DNA of 58,546 nucleotides, counting the filler, from a bacterium (lineage in GTDB: Bacteria > UBP15 > UBA6099 > JAJRTR01), in NCBI GenBank assembly GCA_024278215.1. It is 3 parts of 3 records of this genome, joined end to end, with 100 filler letters (N's around TTAATTAATTAA, not from the genome) between each part and the next. Parts side by side here need not be neighbours in the genome. Positions count along the whole stretch, not along the records: positions 45,829 to 58,546 come from JAJRTR010000016.1; 2 more parts are not named here. One strand, given 5' to 3'. Made by a program: the position numbers and the translations under genes. The notes beneath the pieces were generated by a model that made no database searches, was not told where the DNA came from, and saw nothing but the letters and a program-made list of their open reading frames with translations. Of the stretch, positions 51,337 through 58,546 are shown in pieces. Numbering within the stretch: position 1 is the stretch's first letter; every line of letters begins with the position of its first letter.

Positions 51337-51513
51337 GAGCCAATTGCAAGATTCTGATTCTGCTGCGGTCGGCTGCTATAGTACATAGCTGCGTTGTCTG
51401 CGCGAAATCGTCCTCGACGTACTTTACAAGTACGCTTGCGAGGTTTTACCCCTCCACCTTGCTCTGAACAATTTCGTTCGACCTCGCTGCGAACATAATT
51501 TTGCAATCGTCTC
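51337..51513 (-). mobile_element. MITE family A, copy 8 (more degenerate)
   Basis: GAGCCAATTGCAAGATT...AATTTTGCAATCGTCTC; flanks TTTC/TTTA. Confidence 0.88.
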
Positions 51514-51605
51514 TTTAAAGTTTTATATATCGCCGACCGGTATTATAATGTACGCTGTGTGCTGTGCATACATCGCTTTTTGATACGTGCATGTGATATG
51601 CTGAG

Positions 51606-52613
51606 ATGAATTTCCAGAATGACATGCGCAAACAGGCGCATAGCTGCTTCGAGGAGTATACCATCGTGCGAGAAATACAACATTTCAGCGTAACTATACA
51701 TCGCAGGAAAAGAAGCAGAGTTTTCTATGCGAAAACCCTTAGGTTTCCTCTTTTAGGTGAGACTGTCAACAGGGGCGAACGCGCAGAAAAAATGCACTGC
51801 ATACGAGAACTTGTCAACGTGGTATCATGGTACCAGATCGGCGACTCGGGCATGGAAACATTCTATCTGCCGCGCCACCCCTCACAACCTTCGAATATCT
51901 CCGACATGCGCGAGCCCGGATACAGGTATCTGGCGTTCTGGCTGAAAGGTTTCGACGACTTCGCCCGCCGACTGGCCGCGGCAGAACTCGACCTGATATA
52001 TGCGAGTTCACGACACGGAAAATGCTTCAGGGTGAAGGACCCGGACGGCATTAATTTATTGTTTTTCGACTCGGGCGAATCAGCTCGTGCTGGTCATGTT
52101 TCAGGATTGAAAGAAGCGGGGATGGTCGTTTCGGACGATTCCGGCTTCGATGCTTTTTTCAATGTAATCGGGCTCAATAAAACTGAAGAAGGCGGATTTT
52201 TTCTCGAAGAACTGTTCGGTATCAGTGAGCCTGCACCACTCTATGGAAACATCAGGCTTATCACTCCGGCAGAAACGAATACAAAAATAGAACAACGCAA
52301 CTTTCCCGGGCCCGGCGTCCATCGCGCCTCGCCGCGCCGCAGTCTGCGCGATGTCGGCATACAGCACATCGCTTTCTATGTCGACGACATTAACGACTTT
52401 TACAAGAAAGGTGTCAGGAATGGAATATCGTTTCTGTTTTCCCCCACGCTGCTGCCGGGTGGCAACAAAATGACCTATTTCCTCGATCCGGAAGGCAACA
52501 TCATCGAAGTAATGCAGGTGAACCGCGTCACTCGCACCGCCGCGCGCATCGCAGGCAAAGTCCTTCGCATCCGCGCAGATGCCGCAGCTTTTATCGAAAT
52601 GGCATTCCCTTGA
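51606..52613 (+). CDS. Two-domain VOC/glyoxalase-family protein
   Basis: QHF, KDPDG, QHIAFYVDDI and YFLDPEGNIIE. Confidence 0.85.
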   Translation: MNFQNDMRKQAHSCFEEYTIVREIQHFSVTIHRRKRSRVFYAKTLRFPLLGETVNRGERAEKMHCIRELVNVVSWYQIGDSGMETFYLPRHPSQPSNISDMREPGYRYLAFWLKGFDDFARRLAAAELDLIYASSRHGKCFRVKDPDGINLLFFDSGESARAGHVSGLKEAGMVVSDDSGFDAFFNVIGLNKTEEGGFFLEELFGISEPAPLYGNIRLITPAETNTKIEQRNFPGPGVHRASPRRSLRDVGIQHIAFYVDDINDFYKKGVRNGISFLFSPTLLPGGNKMTYFLDPEGNIIEVMQVNRVTRTAARIAGKVLRIRADAAAFIEMAFP

Positions 52614-52614
52614 A

Positions 52615-53262
52615 CTATTTTTTCTGGTTGATGTCGCGGCCAACGAGGATTCTCATGACATCGTAGTACATGACGGCACGTGCTGCGAGTCCTTTAAAGA
52701 AACCCAGTTTTTCTTCTTTTGTGTATTGTGACAGACTCTCGAGTTCCACTTCGTATATCTTGATGCCGTGGTCTTCGAGATACCTGTTTATGGCGACTTC
52801 GATGCCGAAACGAGTGTCTTCCATATCGACTCTGGCGATAATTTCCCTGAGAATAGCGCGTTGGCCTGAAAGCTTTGGGGCAACAAATTGAGCGAGGTCT
52901 GTTATAGCGCGGCCTTCGGTGAAAACTCCCATTGTTGTTTTCGCGCGGCCTGTCAGCACAGGGCTCAGCAGATCAACAATATGCTGTCGCCTGAGTCCGA
53001 CGAGATCGGCATCGAGCATGAGGATAACGTCGGCCATCGTGCGGTCGATGCCTGCTTTGACAGCACCGCCCTTGCCCTTGTTTTCGGTAAGATTGACAAG
53101 TATAACTCCGAGTTCTTCGGCGGCTATCTCGGCGGTTCTGTCGGTCGAGGCATCGTTGACTACTATTATTTCATCTATCAAGTCAACATGCTGGAGCACA
53201 TGTATCGTGCGCCTTATGGTTCTTTCTTCATTGTATGCAGGGACAACCGCTGCTACTTTCAT
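52615..53262 (-). CDS. GT2 glycosyltransferase
   Basis: VPAYNEE, VNDASTD.T, N.GKGGA, LDADL and LSGQRA; ATGA overlap with proS. Confidence 0.9.
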   Translation of the reverse strand: MKVAAVVPAYNEERTIRRTIHVLQHVDLIDEIIVVNDASTDRTAEIAAEELGVILVNLTENKGKGGAVKAGIDRTMADVILMLDADLVGLRRQHIVDLLSPVLTGRAKTTMGVFTEGRAITDLAQFVAPKLSGQRAILREIIARVDMEDTRFGIEVAINRYLEDHGIKIYEVELESLSQYTKEEKLGFFKGLAARAVMYYDVMRILVGRDINQKK

Positions 53263-54983
53263 GAAATCTCCTCCATGAGTTCCTGCACTCTCGTTAATAT
53301 CAGAGCTTGAGGAACAAGTTCTTTCTCTTTCCTGCATCTCGCCTGGAGCTCGAGCTTGCCCTCTTTGAGTGAACGACCTACAACAATTTTTATGGGGAAC
53401 CCTATGAGATCGGCGTCTTTGAATTTCACTCCGGGTCGTTCATCTCTGTCGTCGAGCAGCACTTCGATTCCCGAATTGCCGATTTCCTCATATACCAGTT
53501 CCGCTTCTTTGACCTGTTCCTTATCTTTCATGCTGACGGGAATGATCACAACTTGATAGGGCGCAATGGAAAGAGGCCAGACGATACCGTTTTCGTCGTT
53601 GTTCTGTTCGATCACCGCGGCGAGTGTGCGTCCCACGCCGATGCCGTAGCAGCCCATGAACACCGGCGCTTCCACACCGTCCGTGTCTGTAAAGGAAACA
53701 TTCATCGGTTTACTGTATTTCGTACCCAGCTTGAAAACATGACCGACCTCGACACCCCGTCGCAGTTGGAGTTTTCCATCGTTGCAGCGCGGGCAGTGGT
53801 CGTTCTCGGCGGCTTCGCGGATGTCGGCTACTTTTGTCACCTGGAAATCACGTCCGCGATTAACATTTTTCGTATGGACATCCTTTTTATTTCCGCCTGT
53901 TGTGAAATTGCTGAGCGGTGAAACGCTTCTGTCCATTATTATGGGAACACCGGCCTCGATGCCCTGCGGCCCCGCGAACCCGACTGGAGCGCCGGTGACT
54001 TTCTCGATAGTTTTGTCGTCGGCGAGTTCGAGCGAATCCGCACCGAGCGCGCGTTTCAGCTTCAAGTCGTTTAACTGGTGATCGCCGCGCAGGATGGCGA
54101 CTACAGGTTTTTCGTCCGCCATATATATAAGTGTCTTAACAACCTCCCGCGGCGAGATATTAAGGAAAGCAGTGAGTTCTTCGATAGTGCGCACACCGGG
54201 AGTGTCGATGTCTTCCATCTCGAGTTGCTCGACATTCGGGTCGACATCCTGCATACCGCCGCCGACTTGCGCACGCTCCATATTGGCTGCATAAGAGCAT
54301 TTATCGCACGAAACGACAGTGTCTTCGCCCGAGTCGGCGAGCACCATGAATTCATGTGAAGCATCGCCGCCTATCGAGCCGGAGTCCGCCTCTACAGGCC
54401 GGGCCTGTAGACCGCATCGCTTGAATATACGCTTGTAAGCTTTGTACATCGCTTCATAGCTGACATCCATTCCGTCGGCGTCCAGGTCGAAGCTGTAGGC
54501 GTCCTTCATGCTGAATTCCTTGCCTCGCATCAGCCCGAATCTCGGGCGTATCTCGTCACGATACTTGGTTTGTATCTGGTAGAGCGTGAACGGCAGATCC
54601 CGATATGAGTTTATGCGTGCCCGGGCAACTTCGCAGACAACTTCCTCATGCGTTGGCCCGAGCGCGTACCAGCGGCCCTGACGGTCCTTTGTCCTGAAGA
54701 GTATGTTCTCGGCGAGGTAGATATCCAGCCGTCCCGATTCTTCCCATATTTCCTGTGGCTGGAGCGCGGGCATCAGCATTTCCTGTGCACCTGCTCTGTC
54801 CATTTCCTCGCGGATTATCTGCTCGACCTTGCGCAACGATCTGTATCCGAGCGGCAGGAATGTGTAGATTCCGGACGATAGACGTCTGATAAGGCCCGCT
54901 CGGAGCATCATCCTGTGGCTTGCGATCTCCGCTTCTCCGGGCGTTTCTCTCAGCGTGTAAAAAAATAAGTTAGAGTATCTCAT
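53259..54983 (-). CDS. proS: Proline--tRNA ligase (with INS editing domain)
   Basis: LGPTHEE, RDEIRPRFGLMRGKEF, EVGHVFKLG and MGCYGIG. Confidence 0.97.
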   Translation of the reverse strand: MRYSNLFFYTLRETPGEAEIASHRMMLRAGLIRRLSSGIYTFLPLGYRSLRKVEQIIREEMDRAGAQEMLMPALQPQEIWEESGRLDIYLAENILFRTKDRQGRWYALGPTHEEVVCEVARARINSYRDLPFTLYQIQTKYRDEIRPRFGLMRGKEFSMKDAYSFDLDADGMDVSYEAMYKAYKRIFKRCGLQARPVEADSGSIGGDASHEFMVLADSGEDTVVSCDKCSYAANMERAQVGGGMQDVDPNVEQLEMEDIDTPGVRTIEELTAFLNISPREVVKTLIYMADEKPVVAILRGDHQLNDLKLKRALGADSLELADDKTIEKVTGAPVGFAGPQGIEAGVPIIMDRSVSPLSNFTTGGNKKDVHTKNVNRGRDFQVTKVADIREAAENDHCPRCNDGKLQLRRGVEVGHVFKLGTKYSKPMNVSFTDTDGVEAPVFMGCYGIGVGRTLAAVIEQNNDENGIVWPLSIAPYQVVIIPVSMKDKEQVKEAELVYEEIGNSGIEVLLDDRDERPGVKFKDADLIGFPIKIVVGRSLKEGKLELQARCRKEKELVPQALILTRVQELMEEIS

Positions 54984-55170
54984 AGCAAATACAAGTTATA
55001 ACATCTATTGAAAATCTTTCAATAGATAGGGAATAAAATGGGATTCATACAACATATTGATGCCATAGTGCTGCTTGCTTGACCACTTGAGATATATGTA
55101 ATATCATGCGGAAGCAACAGGATCAGCGACAGGACAGTTGAGTAAGTGAGGGCAGACAGGACTTAAGGGA

Positions 55171-56139
55171 ATGGCAAAGTTCATAAAAAACACAAATTAT
55201 ATGACCTTTAAAGGCATCGAATCGGAGCTTCACGACCTTGTTTCTCAATCGGAGATTCCCGCTGAGATTATCACGCTTGGTCATTCGGTGGAAGAGCGTC
55301 CAATATATGGGATATGTTTCGGAGACGGCGACCACAGGAAACCGGAACTGCTTTATTACGCATTAACTCATTCAATGGAATATGTAGGAAATGCGGCGCT
55401 GATGGAAACAATGAGAAGGCTTTCACAGCACAACGGAGCGGCGGAACATGCAGAAAAAATCGAGAAGATGAATGTTTGGATGATACCTGTTCTGAACCCG
55501 GACGGATACGTGAAAATCGAGGAACAACTCGGCAGGCGGCTGGGATTTGCCGCAGGTAGAAAAAATGCACGTGGCGTTGACCTGAACAGGAATTTTCCTG
55601 TGGCTTTCTATCATATTCCCAGATCGATATTCGCCGGCAGCCCTGTTAAAGCTTCACCATATTACAGGGGCGCATCACCATGTTCAGAACCCGAGTCGCA
55701 GGTGTTCAGGGATTTCATACTCGGGCACAATATAAAAATGTCGTTATCATTCCACAGTTTCGGCGGTGCGTTGCTTTTTCCCTATTCTTACACAAAAAAG
55801 AAATGCCGTGATTACGATTTATTCGTGCAGATATGTGAGGAAATGACGCATCGTCAGGAAAATCCTTACTCGGTCAAGCCGGGCTGTGATCTGTATAACG
55901 CCAATGGAGAAATGGAAGACTGGCTGTACGACGAATGCAGGATACTTGCACTTTGCATGGAGATCGGAAAGATCGGTTTCAATCTCGAGTATCCCGCCAC
56001 ATGGCTCAACCCTTTCTACTGGGCGAATCCTTATGATCCGAGAGCCGAACTCGATAACATAACACCTGCGGCACTTCACCTCATTGACACACTGTATAAT
56101 ATGTTTGTTAAGCCTTTCGAGCCAATTGCAAAATTCTGA
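55171..56139 (+). CDS. M14 zinc carboxypeptidase; last six codons and stop come from MITE-A
   Basis: HSME, NPDG, RKNA.GVDLNRNF, SEPE, SFHS and MEIG. Confidence 0.88.
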   Translation: MAKFIKNTNYMTFKGIESELHDLVSQSEIPAEIITLGHSVEERPIYGICFGDGDHRKPELLYYALTHSMEYVGNAALMETMRRLSQHNGAAEHAEKIEKMNVWMIPVLNPDGYVKIEEQLGRRLGFAAGRKNARGVDLNRNFPVAFYHIPRSIFAGSPVKASPYYRGASPCSEPESQVFRDFILGHNIKMSLSFHSFGGALLFPYSYTKKKCRDYDLFVQICEEMTHRQENPYSVKPGCDLYNANGEMEDWLYDECRILALCMEIGKIGFNLEYPATWLNPFYWANPYDPRAELDNITPAALHLIDTLYNMFVKPFEPIAKF

Positions 56140-56296
56140 TTCGGCTGCGATCGGCTGCAATTGTCCATAGCTGTGTTGTCGGCACTAAATCATCCTCAAC
56201 GTACTCGGCGAGTACGCCTGCGGGGATTTTGCACCTCCGCCTTGCTTCTGAAAATTTCGCTTGACCTCGCTACGAACAGAATTTTGCAATTGGCTC
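56119..56296 (-). mobile_element. MITE family A, copy 9
   Basis: Perfect TIRs; flanks TTTC/ATTC. Confidence 0.92.
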
Positions 56297-56398
56297 ATTC
56301 GAGTAATAATTCATGGGGCAATTCCGGTAACACGGCTTTTTTACTTGATGCAAGTAATCCTTTTCAACAGTATTTGTGAAATATGCCGAATAAATATA

Positions 56399-56427
56399 TT
56401 GACAGAAATAAACTTATTCTATACCAT
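56399..56427 (+). promoter_or_regulatory. Sigma70-type promoter
   Basis: TTGACA-N17-TACCAT ending 37 nt before ATG 56465. Confidence 0.6.
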
Positions 56428-56464
56428 CATTACCACAGGACAGCATAAATCATAGGTGTACAAT

Positions 56465-58546
56465 ATGAACAAAAAAATGAGATATTTGTTCGTCTTTGCT
56501 GCAATAACGCTAATCTGCGGATGTGGCGGCGGGTCCTCGATTATCCAGAATCCTGTGCAGGTTTCAAACGGAACTTCAACCGGGACGACATCCTATGTTT
56601 CTATTACGGGACGTGTTGTCGCGCCGTCGAATTCCGACAGGCAGTTCGCTTCCATGATGATAGACGGCGCTGACGGGCTCGACCTTGACGGCACGCCGCT
56701 TGCAACTGCGACTGTTTCTGTCTCCGGCTATTCGGTCACGACAACTACGGACTCGATGGGCAATTTCTCGCTTTCGAGCGTTCCGGTCAGCGGAGATGTT
56801 GTAATATCGGCAGTAAAAGGGAAACTCGTTTTTTACAAACTATTGTCGAGTCCGGACTCGAATACTGTTGTCAACATAAATTACCAGACTACTGCCGCTT
56901 ATCTCTATTATGAAAATGTGAAGGACACTCTGCCCGAAGGCATTGATTACAACTGGCTCGAACGTACTATGCTTTCATGGAGTACAGATTTCCGGCAGGC
57001 TGCCGGCACGCTCAAGTCATGTATGCAGAAATACGGCAGGGGCGAAACAGATACTGCGCCGCTGGATCAGACGGATTTCCTTGAAACAATCGAACCGGTA
57101 GACGACATGATACCGCCAGTGCTTAAGAGCATTTCTTTTTCGTCTACAACGCCCAACGCCGGCGACACGATTACTGTAACTGCCGTTGTGCTGGATTCGA
57201 GCGATATCAGTTCAATGAGCGTCACCCTTCAGGAACTCGACGATCCGGGTTATGACTCATACAGCAGCAAATATTCAGAGGCCACCAGCCCCGTAAGGCT
57301 GGTTCTGTCGGATGACTTTACATCCCTGCAAAGCGGGAACCAACACAATGTTTCTTTCACTGGAACTGTCCCCGAACACTTCCCGGCAGGGAAATACTTC
57401 GTCTATCGCGTCACACTCAGAGACTCCGAGTACAATTACATGTACTATTCCGACGCGACCGAATTTGAAGACACCACTACTGTCTACAGGGACTTCGATG
57501 ATATTACTATCAACACCTCGACAATAGACACAACCGCGCCGGAAATTGTCAGCGCTGTTGTATCTCCTTCTGTGATATCAGAATCGGGTGATTACGTATA
57601 TCTGACATTAACAGTCAGTGATACTTTGAGCGGCATATCCGAAGTCGGCTGCAGGATAATGAGAAGCAATGGTAATTCATTTACAAGCAGTTCAACGTCC
57701 GGAAGTTCGATGAACTACGACCAGTCGACAGGCTACTATTCATACACATTCCGCTTCTACGGCGGATATTTCAGAAGTTACGATCCCAACACGTATAGTT
57801 TCGAGGTGTATGTTATTGATACTGCAAACAACAAACTTTATTCGCAACTTAACACAACAACATTCGAGTCGACTATTGAAAAAACGACATCGTCAGGTTC
57901 GGGCGGTTCTGTCGAGACAGGCCTTGAAATCGAATCCGTCTCGCTCTCATGGCTGACAGACAGTTCGGGGCCGGGCATCGTCGTCTCAGTTGTCGTTTCA
58001 AACGATTATTCGACTTCCACAATCTATGCCGATGTCAACATCGACTATGAGAATGGCGGCAACATCAACTATCTCGCGGGAACGAGCAATATTGACCTCT
58101 CGTATAATTCTTCAACCGGAAAATGGTCGGGGAGCGGGAATGCCTATATCGGAGATTACGTCTCAGATGCTGTAATAACTGTCGATTCAATGAGAGCCCG
58201 TGATTCGCTTGGAAGCTATAAGTATTACTATTGCGATAGTGACGATTGCGACGGCTTTTCAATCGGTACACTGGTCAGGCCCGAACAGACGCGGGAAGAT
58301 TCGATAATTCCGTTAATCACAGGTCTGAGCATTTCAAAAACTTCTCTCACAAGAGAAGATACACTGCCGGTTTCGGTTACCGTCAAGGAAAATGGTTCAG
58401 GATTAAAAAATTTGGGGCATCCGGGAATCAAGTGGGTGACCACAACATGTAGTGTAGAAAGGAGAGAAAGGCGAGTTTATCGCATTCAGGACGATAACAG
58501 GAGAGAAAAAGAAAGAGAGGCCCCATTGAGAGGGCCTCTCCAGTTA
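56465..58546 (+). CDS. Large surface lipoprotein with Ser/Thr-rich Ig-like repeats (missing from the ORF track; frame appears open to the window end, probably disrupted near 58412)
   Basis: MNKKMRYLFVFAAITLICGCGGG; TTTDSMGNFSLSSVP; repeats DDMIPPVL, DTTAPEIV and DSIIPLIT. Confidence 0.8.
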   Translation, partial: MNKKMRYLFVFAAITLICGCGGGSSIIQNPVQVSNGTSTGTTSYVSITGRVVAPSNSDRQFASMMIDGADGLDLDGTPLATATVSVSGYSVTTTTDSMGNFSLSSVPVSGDVVISAVKGKLVFYKLLSSPDSNTVVNINYQTTAAYLYYENVKDTLPEGIDYNWLERTMLSWSTDFRQAAGTLKSCMQKYGRGETDTAPLDQTDFLETIEPVDDMIPPVLKSISFSSTTPNAGDTITVTAVVLDSSDISSMSVTLQELDDPGYDSYSSKYSEATSPVRLVLSDDFTSLQSGNQHNVSFTGTVPEHFPAGKYFVYRVTLRDSEYNYMYYSDATEFEDTTTVYRDFDDITINTSTIDTTAPEIVSAVVSPSVISESGDYVYLTLTVSDTLSGISEVGCRIMRSNGNSFTSSSTSGSSMNYDQSTGYYSYTFRFYGGYFRSYDPNTYSFEVYVIDTANNKLYSQLNTTTFESTIEKTTSSGSGGSVETGLEIESVSLSWLTDSSGPGIVVSVVVSNDYSTSTIYADVNIDYENGGNINYLAGTSNIDLSYNSSTGKWSGSGNAYIGDYVSDAVITVDSMRARDSLGSYKYYYCDSDDCDGFSIGTLVRPEQTREDSIIPLITGLSISKTSLTREDTLPVSVTVKENGSGLKNLGHPGIKWVTTTCSVERRERRVYRIQDDNRREKEREAPLRGPLQL
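58515..58540 (-). terminator. Minus-strand intrinsic terminator
   Basis: Minus strand TAA-CTG-GAGAGGCCC-TCTCAATG-GGGCCTCTC-TTTCTTTTT. Confidence 0.6.

Noticed and set aside
58439-58456. NrdR-box-like ACCACAACATGTAGTG
   Set aside because: Single site with no ribonucleotide reductase gene nearby; it lies in a suspected element end

Overview
Bacterial draft-genome window, with a gene content typical of an anaerobe (lineage not assignable from here). It is made of three contigs joined by artificial N-TTAATTAATTAA-N spacers (1-17255, 17356-45728, 45829-58546), so gene order across the spacers is not evidence of linkage. Most genes are core or metabolic: a GT-C glycosyltransferase, an Fe3+-type ABC transporter whose permease is split by a stop codon, plsC, rluB plus a radical SAM gene, MarR plus a split transketolase, a PilT-family ATPase, an anti-sigma factor, a DUF134/DUF5320/NifX/Fe-S ATPase cluster, GH98 and GH84 hydrolases, tandem PilB ATPases, aroE, gltX and proS. 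A 23S-5S rRNA unit has no 16S gene in front of it, has its own tandem promoters, and carries C at the near-invariant U2449 position. The most striking signal is non-coding. At least six families of miniature repeats fill the intergenic space, some nested in others. One ~178-bp MITE has 9 copies, 17-bp TIRs and 4-bp TSDs, and its covarying hairpin core (GCAAGGCG...CAACGCAG) also occurs in a second family with unrelated termini and resembles the enterobacterial ERIC core. All protein family assignments come from motif recognition, not database searches.
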